Below are positions 10,419-21,200 of a DNA stretch of 64,000 nucleotides, in pieces; within the stretch, counting starts at the first letter, position 1, and the number at the start of each line of letters is the position of its first letter. Source of the stretch: Nannocystis bainbridge (lineage in GTDB: Bacteria > Myxococcota_A > Polyangia > Nannocystales > Nannocystaceae); contig NZ_JAQNDL010000003.1 of assembly GCF_028368995.1 (NCBI RefSeq), forward strand, positions 2,560,001-2,624,000, given 5' to 3'. A program made the position numbers and the translations under genes. Below the pieces are notes generated by a model. That model saw only the letters and a list, made by a program, of their open reading frames with translations. It was not told the DNA's origin and searched no databases.

Positions 10419-11867
10419 ATGAAGCTGCCCGAGACCGGATGGACCCGCGACCAGATCTTCACCGCCCTCGCCGAATTGCGTGCGGGTGATTTGCCCACTG
10501 AAGGCGGTGCCGCCTTCGCTTACGTCTACGACTCGGGCGAGCGCGCCGCGAGCGAGCTGGCGGCCGAGGCGTTCCGCCTGTTCCTCGGCAGCAACGGCCT
10601 CGACCCGACGGCCTTCCCCAGCCTGCTGCGGCTCGAGAACGAGGTCGTCGGCTTCGCCGCGGCGCACCTCGGCGGCGGGCTCGAGGCGGCCGGCTCGTTC
10701 ACCAGCGGCGGCACCGAGAGCCTGATGCTGGCGGTCAAGACCGCGCGCGAGTGGGCCCGCGAGCATCGGCCCCACATCACCGCGCCAGAGATGATCGTGC
10801 CGGCGACCGCTCACGCGGCGCTGCACAAGGCGGCCCATTATCTCGGCGTCACGCTGGTGCCGACGGCGATCGACCCGATCAGCTTCCGCGCCGACGTGGC
10901 CGCGATCGCGGCCGCCATCACCCCCAACACGATCCTCCTCACCGCCTCGGCCTCGAGCTACGCCCACGGCGTGGTCGACCCGATCGCCGAGATCGGCCAG
11001 CTCGCGCTGCGGCACGAGCTGCTGTTCCACGTCGACGGCTGCATCGGCGGGTTCTTGCTGCCGTACTTCCGCCGCCTCGGCGCCCAGGTGCCGGCGTTCG
11101 ACCTGTCGGTCCCCGGCGTCACCTCGGTGTCGATGGACTTCCACAAGTACGCCTACGCGCCCAAGGGCGCGTCGGTGATCGTCTACCGCGACAAGGCGCT
11201 GCGCCGGCACCAGATGTACGCGTGCGCCGGCTGGACCGGCTACACCGTCATCAACCCGACGGTCCAGAGCACCAAGTCGGGCGGGCCGCTGGCGGCCGCG
11301 TGGGCCCTGCTGCGCGCCATCGGCGATCAGGGCTACCTCGACCTGGCCCAAAGGACACTCGATGCGACGCGCGCGATCATCGGCGGCCTGCGCGAGATCG
11401 AGGGCCTGCGCGTGCTCGGCGAGCCGGAGATGAGCCTGGTCGCCTTCACCGGCGCGAGCCCCGAGTTCCCGCTGTTCGCCCTCGCCGACGCGATGAAGCT
11501 GCGCGGCTGGCTGGTCCAGCCGCAGTTCTCCGGCTTCGGCTCGCCGGCCAACCTGCACCTCACGATCAGCGCCGCTCACCTCGCGGTCAAGGACCGCTTC
11601 CTCGCCGACCTCCGCGCCGCCGTCGCCGAGGTCCAGACGAGCCCGCCCGACCCGGGCATGGCGCTCCTGCTGCAGGCCGCCGCCGCGCTGGACTTTTCGA
11701 ACATGTCCGAAGAGACATTCATGCAGGCGCTCGCGCTCGCCGGGGTCCAGGGCGGCCGCCTGCCCGACAAGATGGCGGCCATCAACGGCCTGCTCGACGC
11801 CCTGCCCGCGCCGGCCCGCGAGGCGGCGATCGTCGCGTTCGTCAACGACCTCTACACGCATGCCTAG
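10419..11867 (+). CDS. PLP-dependent sphingosine-1-phosphate lyase-like enzyme
   Basis: AYVY, NGLDPTAFPS, TSGGTESL, TAHAALHKAA, HVDGCIGGF, SMDFHKYAYAPKG. Confidence 0.8.
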   Translation: MKLPETGWTRDQIFTALAELRAGDLPTEGGAAFAYVYDSGERAASELAAEAFRLFLGSNGLDPTAFPSLLRLENEVVGFAAAHLGGGLEAAGSFTSGGTESLMLAVKTAREWAREHRPHITAPEMIVPATAHAALHKAAHYLGVTLVPTAIDPISFRADVAAIAAAITPNTILLTASASSYAHGVVDPIAEIGQLALRHELLFHVDGCIGGFLLPYFRRLGAQVPAFDLSVPGVTSVSMDFHKYAYAPKGASVIVYRDKALRRHQMYACAGWTGYTVINPTVQSTKSGGPLAAAWALLRAIGDQGYLDLAQRTLDATRAIIGGLREIEGLRVLGEPEMSLVAFTGASPEFPLFALADAMKLRGWLVQPQFSGFGSPANLHLTISAAHLAVKDRFLADLRAAVAEVQTSPPDPGMALLLQAAAALDFSNMSEETFMQALALAGVQGGRLPDKMAAINGLLDALPAPAREAAIVAFVNDLYTHA

Positions 11868-12979
11868 GTCGCGCCGGCGCCGGCAGCGGCGCTGGCCTCG
11901 GCCGGATCGAAGTAGATGCCCCGCAGCCAGCGCGGGCCGGTGAAGCCGGTCCGCGCGTGCAGCGTGCGGTGGTTGTCGTAGACCAGCCAGTCGCCCGGCT
12001 GCAGCCCGACCAGCACGTGGTGCTGCGGGTCGCGGACCAGGCGGATGAAGCGGTCGTGCGCGCGGTAGAACTCGCCCATCTGCGAGAACGGCAGGCGGTG
12101 CGGCGCGAGCGTGAAGTAGGAGCAGCGGACCAGAAAATCACGGTCGCCGCGGCGAGCGACGATCGGCGACTCGACCACGCGGGCGAAGTTCTGCTGCTTG
12201 CGATCGAAGCGGACCGGCACGGTCGCCAGCAATTCGGCCGCGCGCGCGTCGTGGGCCTCGAGGTGGCGGAACGCCGCGCGCGCGTCGGCCAGCAGGTTGT
12301 CGCCGCCCTGGTCGGCCGCGCGGATGCACTGCAGCACCTGATAGCGCGGCGGACGCTCGAGGAACGGCTGGTCGGTGTGGAGGTGGATCGGCGCGTCGGT
12401 GTAGCCGAGCTGGTCGGTGTTCTGGTTGGTGGTGTTGTCGGTGCGCAGGTCCTCGATGCGCCCGAAGTGGGTCGCCACCGCGCGCAGGCCCGCGGCCTCG
12501 AAGGCGGTCACGATCGCCTCGGTCTGCGCCTCGGGCGGCGTGCTGTCCGAAGGGTCATGTCGCACGACCGCGGCTCCGCGCTCGCGCACCCGGGCCAGCG
12601 CCGCGGCGATCTGGCGCCCGAGGGCGACGTCGGCGGCGGACACCTCGAGCGCCGCGAGGTCGGCGGACGGCGCCGGCACGTCGACGCGGCCGCGCGCGTA
12701 GGCGTGGGTGTCGAGCCAGGTCAGCGGGTACAGGCTCTCGTGGCCGTCGGGCTCCCACACCACGAACAGCGCGTCGCCGGCCAGCGAGGCCACCCGCGGG
12801 CGCACGTCGTCGGCCAGCTCCGACGAGCAGCGCGTGCGCTCGCGCGTGAGCGGGTGCCGCTCGCGGTCGCAGTTGTGGCGCAACCATCGGTAGTGAAAGT
12901 CCGCCGTGTGCCCGTCGCCCAGCGGCACGCGCAACCAGTCGCCGTGGAGCTCGACCGCGTCCCGGGGTGCATCTTTCAT
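11864..12979 (-). CDS. Gamma-butyrobetaine/trimethyllysine hydroxylase-like TauD-family Fe(II)/2OG dioxygenase
   Basis: N-terminal WLRHNC...W.DGHESLY (GBBH-like N domain), LGYT..LHTD, DNHRTLHARTGF..RWLRG. Confidence 0.85.
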   Translation of the reverse strand: MKDAPRDAVELHGDWLRVPLGDGHTADFHYRWLRHNCDRERHPLTRERTRCSSELADDVRPRVASLAGDALFVVWEPDGHESLYPLTWLDTHAYARGRVDVPAPSADLAALEVSAADVALGRQIAAALARVRERGAAVVRHDPSDSTPPEAQTEAIVTAFEAAGLRAVATHFGRIEDLRTDNTTNQNTDQLGYTDAPIHLHTDQPFLERPPRYQVLQCIRAADQGGDNLLADARAAFRHLEAHDARAAELLATVPVRFDRKQQNFARVVESPIVARRGDRDFLVRCSYFTLAPHRLPFSQMGEFYRAHDRFIRLVRDPQHHVLVGLQPGDWLVYDNHRTLHARTGFTGPRWLRGIYFDPAEASAAAGAGAT

Positions 12980-13035
12980 GCTGAAGTGAGTTTCAGCAAA
13001 ATGGAGAAGGCCGTCAAGGGCCGAATTCGCGGCCC

Positions 13036-14238
13036 TCAGCCCCAGGGCGGCGCGACCGGCAGGGTGGCACGGCGGACCAGCGACGGCGCCCCGGTCTCGC
13101 GGTCGCGGCGGATCATGTACACCCCGCGGTCGCTGCCGAGTCGGGCGTGTCTCGGCTCGTCGCACGCGTCGAGCTCGATCGTCCTCGGCTCGCCCGGCCC
13201 GCCGAAGCCCCACGTGCGCGACTGGATGCAGCCCACCGCCTGGTCCTGGGGGGTGCACACCGACCATGAGCCGATCGGGTTGCCGTTCGGCGCCGCGTCG
13301 ACGACCCCCGTCGCCGGCCCGAAGTGATTCCCCGGCAAGCCCCTGGCGACGACCCCTTTCACGCTCTCGCCGGTCGCCAGCTCGCAGCTGCCCATGATCG
13401 CCTCCTCGCCGTCGAAATGCTCCGAGCCGTCGAACAGCACGCGCGTCTCGGTCGTGGCGAGGCGCCCGCCGCCACACGCTGTCTCGACCCGGTTCGCCCC
13501 GTCCGGATCGACGAGGGTGACGAGCGGCCCGCCGAGCGCCAGCCGATCGCCCACGGCGTCGATGAGGTGCACGAACAGCGGCCCCTCGAAGTTCGCCAGC
13601 AGCTCCCCGGTCCACGACAGCGTGGTCACCCTCTCGTAGTCCGCGAAGCTCACCCCCACCGACGTGATCGCCATGTCCCGCGACGCGTCCGCCTTCGCCA
13701 CCAGCAGCGGCTCCCCGATCGGCCCGTCGATGCCCGCCCGCACCAGCATCAGCGTCCCGCCCGGCAGCCCGCCGAGCACGCCGACCTCGTCGTGCGCCCG
13801 GTTGACGTGAAACGCGACCACCCACGCGTCCGCCAGCGCCGTGAAGTCGACCTTCGTCACCTGCCCCGACGGCTCGACGCGCTGCACCACGACCCCACCC
13901 GCCTCCGACTCGCCGACCACCCACGCGCGCTGCGAGTGCGCCAGGTCGAAGCCCAGCACGTCTTCCATCGGCGTCAGCGGGGCGCTCCACGCCAGCGGCG
14001 GCTCGACCGGCGAGGTGCACGCGGCGGTGCACGCGTCGCACTCGTCCTCGCCGTCGTCGCACGCCTCGCCCGGATCGACGACCCCGTCGCCGCAGCGGCC
14101 CGTCGGCACGTCGAGCCCACCGCTGCTCGTGCCGCCGGCGTCGCTGCTCGTGGCGCGCGTACTGGCGCCCGCAGTGTCGTTTTGCGGCTCGGGGCCGCAC
14201 GCACAGATGATCGCCATCACCCACCACGGACCGCGCAT
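13036..14238 (-). CDS. Putative lipoprotein with myxococcal Cys-rich repeat (DUF4215-like)
   Basis: Lipobox-like ICAC, Ser/Thr/Gly linker, CGDGVVDPGEACDDG. Confidence 0.65.
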   Translation of the reverse strand: MRGPWWVMAIICACGPEPQNDTAGASTRATSSDAGGTSSGGLDVPTGRCGDGVVDPGEACDDGEDECDACTAACTSPVEPPLAWSAPLTPMEDVLGFDLAHSQRAWVVGESEAGGVVVQRVEPSGQVTKVDFTALADAWVVAFHVNRAHDEVGVLGGLPGGTLMLVRAGIDGPIGEPLLVAKADASRDMAITSVGVSFADYERVTTLSWTGELLANFEGPLFVHLIDAVGDRLALGGPLVTLVDPDGANRVETACGGGRLATTETRVLFDGSEHFDGEEAIMGSCELATGESVKGVVARGLPGNHFGPATGVVDAAPNGNPIGSWSVCTPQDQAVGCIQSRTWGFGGPGEPRTIELDACDEPRHARLGSDRGVYMIRRDRETGAPSLVRRATLPVAPPWG

Positions 14239-14354
14239 CGGAGCAGCGTATCACCCTCACGCGGGCGTGCGCCACGACCTCGGGCCTGCTTCCAGCGAGC
14301 CGGCCCGATCGCCCCGACCCGATCGCCGGCCGCCCAGCCGCGTGAGGCTCGCCG

Positions 14355-14684
14355 TCAATCGTCGTGCTCGTCCTCGACGTGGACGATCGCCCCGGTCTCG
14401 CCGTCGACCTCCACCTCCTTGCGCGGCTGGCTGCGATCGTCCGGCTGGATCTCGATGCTGTAGATCCACCGCCCGCGCTCGCGCTCGAGCTCCGCGTCGA
14501 TCACCGTCCCGGGCACCCGCTTCAGCGCCGTCGCCTGCGCCGCCTCGAGGCTGATCTTCGGCGTCGTCGCCTCGCGCGGCGCCGTCGCGGCGGGCGCCGT
14601 CGAGGCAGTCGGAGTGGCGGAGGTCGCCGCGTGCGAGCAGGCCGGCGCGAGCGACAGGAGGAGGGACATCAGCAGGAAGTGCAT
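14355..14684 (-). CDS. PepSY-domain lipoprotein
   Basis: LAPAC lipobox; ISLEAAQATAL..VPG.VIDAELE....YSIEI...EVEVDGETGAIV. Confidence 0.8.
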   Translation of the reverse strand: MHFLLMSLLLSLAPACSHAATSATPTASTAPAATAPREATTPKISLEAAQATALKRVPGTVIDAELERERGRWIYSIEIQPDDRSQPRKEVEVDGETGAIVHVEDEHDD

Positions 14685-14792
14685 GCTCGCAGCATGCCGT
14701 CCGTGGCCGCCCACGGCCCGTTAAGCCCTCGTGAAGCCGCGGCGTCGGCCTCGCGCTTGACCGCCATCGTTTCGCCCGCGAAAGTTTGACGC

Positions 14793-16247
14793 GTGGACCT
14801 CGACGCCCTCGTGCGACCGATCCTCGACCTCCTGCGGCGGGCCGACGCGCGCGACCCGAGGATCTCCGACCTCGCCGGCCCCGACGCTCACGCCGACGCC
14901 TTCGCCGCGCTCGGCGTGCCCCTGTCTCTCGGGCCAGGTGAACCGCCCGTCGATCCCGCTGCCCTCGCGCGGACGATCGAGGCCATCATCGCCCGCTCGG
15001 TGCGGACCCTGCACCCGCGGTTCTTCAACCAGAACTTCGCTGGCGCCGACCCGATCGCCGTCGTCGGTGATTTCCTCGGCGCCGCCCTCAACACCACCAT
15101 GGCCACCTACGAGGCCGCCCCGGTGTTCACCTTGATGGAGCGACAGGTCCTCGCCCGCCTCGCCGCGCTCGCCGGCTGGAGCGCGCACGAGGGCCTGTTC
15201 GTCCCCGGCGGCTCCTACTCCAACCTCTACGCCTTGCAGCTCGCGCGCCTGCGGGTCGACCCCGACGCTCGCGAGCGCGGCCACGACGGCGCCGCGCGGG
15301 TCGCCTTCACCTCGGCGCACGGGCACTACTCCCTCGAAAAATCCGTCGTGCTGCTCGGCCTCGGCCGGCGCGCCTTGATCAAAGTCGCCTGCGACGAGCG
15401 CGGCCGCATGCGCCCTGACGCCCTCGCCGCGGCGATCGACGACGCCCTCGCGCGCGGGCAGCGGCCGTTCTTCGTCAACGCCACCGCCGGCACCACCGTG
15501 CTCGGCGGCTTCGACCCGTTGCCCGCGCTGGCCGACCTCGCCGAGCGCCACGGCTTGTGGCTGCACGTCGACGGCAGCTTCGGCGCCTCGGCCCTGTTCT
15601 CCCCCGCGCAGGCCCACCTCATGGCCGGCGTCGAGCGGGCCGACTCGCTGGCGTGGAACCTCCACAAGATGCTCGGCGCCACCCAGCAGTGCGCCGCCTT
15701 CCTGGTCCGCGGGACAGGTGCCTTGCGGCCCGCCTTCGCCGCCGGCGCCGACTACCTGTTCCAGCCCGACAAGCCGTTCGCCGAGCTCGACAGCGGCGAC
15801 ACCACCTTTCAGTGCGCCCGCCGGGTCGACGCGCTCAAGGCCTGGCTGCTGTGGAAGGCCCGCGGCGAGCCCGGCTTCGCCGCCCGCATCGACCACGCCG
15901 TCGCCCTCGCCGACAGCTGCGCCGCGCGCATCGCCGGCGACCCGCGGTTTCGCCTGGCCGCCCCGCCCTCGTGGGTCAACGTGTGCTTCTGGTGGCTGCC
16001 TCCGGCCCTACGGCCCCTGCCCGCGCGCACCGCCGACGTCGACGCCGTCCTCCATGATCTCGCCCCGCGGATCAAGGCCGCCATGCTGCGCCGCGGCGAG
16101 GCCATGCTCGGCTTCCAGCCGGTCGACGGCGGGCCCAACTGCTTCCGCCTGCTGTTCATCAACCCGGCGACCACGACCGCCGACATCGAAGCGACCCTCG
16201 AGCTGCTCGACGCCTGCGGCCGCGAGGCCTCGGCCGCAGGCGCGTGA
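14793..16247 (+). CDS. Group II PLP decarboxylase, GAD/cysteine-sulfinate decarboxylase-like
   Basis: HPRFFNQ, TYEAAPVF, PGGSYSN, HYS, ATAGTTVLGGFDP, WLHVDG, WNLHKM, YLFQPDK, QCARR. Confidence 0.85.
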   Translation: MDLDALVRPILDLLRRADARDPRISDLAGPDAHADAFAALGVPLSLGPGEPPVDPAALARTIEAIIARSVRTLHPRFFNQNFAGADPIAVVGDFLGAALNTTMATYEAAPVFTLMERQVLARLAALAGWSAHEGLFVPGGSYSNLYALQLARLRVDPDARERGHDGAARVAFTSAHGHYSLEKSVVLLGLGRRALIKVACDERGRMRPDALAAAIDDALARGQRPFFVNATAGTTVLGGFDPLPALADLAERHGLWLHVDGSFGASALFSPAQAHLMAGVERADSLAWNLHKMLGATQQCAAFLVRGTGALRPAFAAGADYLFQPDKPFAELDSGDTTFQCARRVDALKAWLLWKARGEPGFAARIDHAVALADSCAARIAGDPRFRLAAPPSWVNVCFWWLPPALRPLPARTADVDAVLHDLAPRIKAAMLRRGEAMLGFQPVDGGPNCFRLLFINPATTTADIEATLELLDACGREASAAGA

Positions 16248-16324
16248 CATGTTCGTAGCGCCATGCCCTTCAGGGCATGCCCTTCGCTACATGCTCGAAA
16301 CGACATGCTCCACGAGACATGTCC
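16248..16324. repeat. 14-bp-phased array of degenerate TG-N10-CA palindromes
   Basis: CATG at 16248, 16262, 16276, 16290, 16304 and 16318 (exact 14-nt period). Confidence 0.85.
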
Positions 16325-16726
16325 GCCCGTCCCCGAAGGACCTCGCAGTCGGCGCCGCGCCCGCGCCGCTCGAGGGCCGCATCGGCGACGCGCCCATGCC
16401 CGGGTTCACTCCTGGGCCAGGGCCCGGCGGCACCTGTCTTCAAGGACAGACGGACCCCGGCCCGCGCTCGTCCGCGCGCGACGTGGCGTGAGCCACGTGC
16501 AGCGGCCCGGCGAACGCGACCCGAACGGTGGTCTCCTCGCGCCGCGGCCCGAACCGCCGCGGGCGCGCGTGTGGCCGCGCGGCGCACAGCATGACGATCG
16601 CGCAAGCCGGCGCACGAGGCCGCGGAGAGCTGATAGAACTGTGTCCGTGTGGACCCGTGGCGCGGCCGCTCCGGGTGTGGCCCAGGAAACAATCTGACGC
16701 TGCGGATCGGCGCTATCGCGACGGAC

Positions 16727-18151
16727 ATGGAAGAACGCCAACACCACGAGCCTTCTCCGCCCCGCGCCCCGCTGTGGGCGCGGTTGTTCGGCCCGGTCGA
16801 CATCGCCTCGCTGGTCTGCTTCCGCGTCGCGTTCGGCGTGCTGATGATGGCCGAGGTGGTCCGCTACATCCCGCGGATCGCCCGCTACTACATCGACCCG
16901 CCGCTGCACTTCTCCTACTACGGCTTCGAGTGGGTCCGGCCGTGGGCGGGCGACGGCATGTACGTGCACTTCGGCGTGCTCGGCCTGGCCGCCCTGTGCA
17001 TCACCATCGGCCTGTGTTACCGGCTCGCCGCCGCGGTGTTCTTCCTCGGCTTCAGCTACATGTTCCTGCTCGAGCAGGCGCGCTACCTGAACCACATCTA
17101 CCTGCTGTGCCTGATCGCCTTCATCATGATCTTCGTGCCGGCGCACCGGGCCTTCTCGGTCGACGCCTGGCTGCGGCCGAAGCTGCGCCGTGACACCGCG
17201 CCGAAGTGGGCGCTGCGGCTCGTGCAGCTGCAGATCGGCATCCCCTACGTCTACGGCGGCCTGGCCAAGCTCAACCCCGACTGGCTGCGCGGCGAGCCGA
17301 TGCGCATGTGGCTGGCCGAGCGCGCCGACCGGCCGATCGTCGGCCCGCTGATGACCCAGGAGTGGGTCGTCTACTTCTTCAGCTACGGCGGCCTGCTGTT
17401 CGACCTCTTCATCGTCCCGGCGATGCTGTGGCGGCGCACCCGGCCGTGGGCGTTCGTCGCGGCGCTCGGCTTCCACTTCATCAACGGCAACATCTTCACC
17501 ATCGGCATCTTCCCGTGGGTGATGGCCGCGGCGACGCTGATGTACTTCCCGCCCGACTGGCCGCGGCGCTTCCGCGACCTCCTCGGCCGCCTGCTGCGCC
17601 TGCCGCCGGCCGCGGCAAAGCCCGCACTGCCGCCCGCGCCGCTGCCGACCCGACTCGGCCGCGGCCAGAAGTGCCTGCTGACGTTCCTCGGCGTCTACAC
17701 CGCCTGGCAGCTGCTGTTCCCGCTGCGGCACTGGCTCTACCCCGGCGACGTCGCCTGGACCGAAGAGGGCCACAAGTTCTCGTGGCGCATGAAGCTGCGC
17801 GACAAGGGCGGCAGCGTCGCCTACCACGCCACCGACCCCACGACCGGCGAGTCGTGGAAGATCGACCTGCGCGGCAAGATCAAGCGGTGGCAACTGTCCG
17901 AGATGACAGGCCGACCCGAGATGATCTTGCAGCTCGCACATTACCTGGGCGAACAGCTGCGCGCCGAGGGCATCCCCGATGTCGAGATCCGTGCTCTCGC
18001 CCCTGTTTCGCTCAACGGTCGCGAACCCGAGTTCCTGATCGACCCGGAAGTCGACCTCATGAAGGTCGAACGAAGCTTGCTTCCGGCAACCTGGATCCGC
18101 CCCGAAGCCCCGCTCGAGCCTGCGGCCGAGGCGCGTCTGTCAGAGATGTAA
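16727..18151 (+). CDS. HTTM-domain / vitamin K-dependent gamma-carboxylase-like membrane protein
   Basis: SLVCFRVAFG, YLNHIYL, GGLAKLNPDWLRG, FHFIN..F.IGIFP, WTEEGHKFSWRMKL. Confidence 0.85.
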   Translation: MEERQHHEPSPPRAPLWARLFGPVDIASLVCFRVAFGVLMMAEVVRYIPRIARYYIDPPLHFSYYGFEWVRPWAGDGMYVHFGVLGLAALCITIGLCYRLAAAVFFLGFSYMFLLEQARYLNHIYLLCLIAFIMIFVPAHRAFSVDAWLRPKLRRDTAPKWALRLVQLQIGIPYVYGGLAKLNPDWLRGEPMRMWLAERADRPIVGPLMTQEWVVYFFSYGGLLFDLFIVPAMLWRRTRPWAFVAALGFHFINGNIFTIGIFPWVMAAATLMYFPPDWPRRFRDLLGRLLRLPPAAAKPALPPAPLPTRLGRGQKCLLTFLGVYTAWQLLFPLRHWLYPGDVAWTEEGHKFSWRMKLRDKGGSVAYHATDPTTGESWKIDLRGKIKRWQLSEMTGRPEMILQLAHYLGEQLRAEGIPDVEIRALAPVSLNGREPEFLIDPEVDLMKVERSLLPATWIRPEAPLEPAAEARLSEM

Positions 18152-18234
18152 TCCGCGGTTAATCGACCCGGAAACACTGTTGCCGCTAATCCACTGGGCA
18201 GCGCGGACGATCGACCTCGTCCGCCCACGCCCAG

Positions 18235-21200
18235 ATGCTTGGTTGGCTCATCCATCAATCGATCCAGCTCCGTTTGTTGATGCTGGGTCTCCTGCTGACG
18301 CTCCTCGTGGGCGGCGGCCTCGCTGCGCGCAACCTCCCGATCGACGCGCTGCCCGACATCTCGACGATCCAGGTCAGCGTGCTGACCGAGGCGCCAGGCC
18401 TGTCGGCGCCGGAGGTCGAGCGCAACGTGACGTTCCCGATGGAGAACGCGCTCAACGGCGTGCCCGGGCTCGAGGAGCTGCGCTCCGTGTCCCGCGCCGA
18501 CCTCAGCGCGATCACGGTGGTGTTCCGCGACGGCACCGACCCGTGGTTCGCGCGCCAGCTGGTGTTCGAGCGCATGTTGCAGGCGCGCGGCGACCTGCCC
18601 GACGGCCTGCCGACGCCGCAGCTGGCGCCGCTGAGCACGGGCCTCGGCGAGATCTATCAGTTCGTGGTCCGCTCGCCGGTGCACTCGCGCAAGCAGCTGC
18701 GCACGCTGCTCGACTGGGAGATCGTGCCGCGCCTGCGCGGCGTGCCCGGCGTCATCGAGGTCAACACCCAGGGCGGCGAGCTCAAGCAGTACCAGGTGGT
18801 CGTCCAGCCCGACCGCCTGGCCGCCTACGGGCTGACCCTGCGCGAGCTCAGCGAGACGCTGTCGTCGGCCAGCGCGATCATCTCCGGCGGCTACATCGAC
18901 CGCACCGCCGAGTCCTTCACCCTGCGGGCCGTCGGCACCTACACCGGCGTCGAGGACCTCGAGAGCGTGGTCCTCAAGGTCGCGCCCGACGGCACGGCGA
19001 TCCTCGTCAAGCACGTCGCCAACGTCCGCGACGGCGCCGCCCTGCGCCACGGCATCGTCACCTACATGGGCGAGGACGAGGCCGTCGCCGGCGTCATCAT
19101 GATGCTGCTCGGCTCGAACAGCCGCGACGTCATCTACGCCGTCAAGGACCGGGTCGCCGAGATCCAGTCCGAGCTGCCGGCCGGCGTCGTCATCGAGGCC
19201 GTCTACGACCGCGCCGAGTTCGTCGAGCGCACCCTCTCGACGGTGGTGAAGAACATCCTCGAGGGCGCCGCGGTGGTGTTCCTCGTCCTCATCGTCCTGC
19301 TCGGCAGCGTCCGCGGCGCGCTCGTGTGCGTGCTCGGCATCCCGGCCTCGATGTCGGTGGCGCTGTTCGGCATGCACTGGGCCGGCGTCGCCGGCGACCT
19401 CATGTCGCTCGGCGCCATCGACTTCGGCTTCCTCGTCGACGGCCCGATCGTCCTGCTCGAGGCGCTGATCGCCACCTTCGCCGGCCAGCAGCTGACCAAC
19501 CGCGAGCGCGCCGACGCCTACGCCGCCTCGCTGTCCCGCGTGGTCCGCCCGGTCGCCTTCGCGGTGGCGATCATCATGCTGGTGTACATCCCGCTGCTCA
19601 GCCTCGAGGGCGTCGAGGGCCGGCTGTTCAAGCCGATGGCCACCACCATGGCGTTCGCGCTGTTCGGCGCGCTGGTCTACTCGGTGGCGTTCCTGCCGGC
19701 CTTGCTGGTGCTGTTCGTCCCGCCGGCCAAGCACGGCACCAGCGGCTGGCTGCGCGTCCTCACCCGCGGCTACGAGCGCGCCCTGCCGTGGGCGATGACG
19801 ATGCGCTGGCCGCTGCTGATCGGCGCCGCCATCGTCCTCTTCATCACCGGCGGCATCTTCGCCGGCAAGGGCGCCGACTTCGTCCCGCGCATCGACGAGG
19901 GCGACATGGTGGTCAGCCTGCGCCGCCCGCCCTCGATCAACCTCACCGAGGCCAAGCGGCTCGACCTCGAGGTGCAGAAGATCCTGCTCGGCTTCCCCGA
20001 GGTCGACGGCACGCTCGCGTTCACCGGCCGCGCCGAGGTCGCCATCGACCCCGCCGGCAAGGACAAGACCGACATCGTCGTCCCGCTCAAGCCCAAGGAC
20101 GGCTGGACCACCGCGCACGACCTCGACTCGCTCAGCGTCGTGTTCAAGGACGCGATCGAGTCGCGGGTCCCGAGCACCTTCGTCTCGATCTCGCAGCCGA
20201 TCGAGGACCGCAACAACGAGATCATCTCCGGCTCGCGCGCCGACATCCAGATCATGGTCCTGGGGCCCGACCTGCTCGAGCTCAAGCGCATCGCCGACTC
20301 GATCGCCGCCGCCGTCCGCCCGATCGACGGCACCGGCGACCTCCGCGTCGAGCAGGTGCTCGGCATGCCCGAGCTGACCGTCAAGCCCGACCGCGCCCGC
20401 CTGGCCCGCTACGGCGTCGCCCTCAAGGACGCCCTGCTCGCGGTCGAGGCCGCCCGCGTCGGCCTGCCGATCGGCCTGGTCTACGAGGGCCAGCGCCGGT
20501 TCGACGCCCGCCTGCTGGTGCCGCCGCGCGAGCCCCGGCCCGAGGCGCTCGGCGACCTGTTCGTCGAGACCGTCGACGGTCACCGCGTGCCGCTGTCCGA
20601 GGTCGCGACCATCGAGGAGACCGAGGGCCCGGCGCAGATCCGCCGCCAGGACCGCATCCGTGTCGTGCGCGTCGAGGTCAACTTGCGCGGCCGCGACCTG
20701 GTCTCCTGGGTCGGCGACGCCATGGCCGCCGTCGAGCAGAACGTGCCGCTGACCCCGCCCTACAAGGTCACCTGGAGCGGCCAGTTCGAGAACTTCCAGC
20801 GCGCCAGCCAGCGCCTCGCCGTGGTCGTGCCGATCTGCCTGACCCTGATCTTCGGCATGCTGCTCTGGAACTTCCGCGACGTCCGCTACGCAGCCGCCGT
20901 GTTCGCCCTGGTCCCGTTCGCCCTCATCGGCGGGCTCGCCGGGCTCATCCTCCGTGACATGTCGTTCAGCATCCCCGCCGCCGTCGGCTTCATCGCCCTC
21001 GCCGGCGTCGCCGTCCTCAACGGCGTCGTCCTCGCCTCCGAGGTCCGCACCGCGCTCGACGAAGGCCACCGCTTCGACGAGGCGCTGATCAAGGGCTCCT
21101 CGCACACCATGCGGGCCGTCCTCACCACCGGCGCCGTCGCAGCGCTGGGCTTCCTGCCGATGGCCCTCGCCACCGGCGCCGGCTCCGAAGTGCAGCGGCC

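Noticed and set aside
7666-14275. Apparent 906-aa, 956-aa and 803-aa fusion ORFs
   Set aside because: Their N-terminal parts are antisense or off-frame to real neighbours; starts were trimmed to 9033, 10419 and 12979.
9091-18151. Single biosynthetic gene cluster (MFS, two PLP enzymes, dioxygenase, HTTM)
   Set aside because: Mixed orientations, interrupting lipoprotein genes and no scaffold enzyme or precursor peptide.
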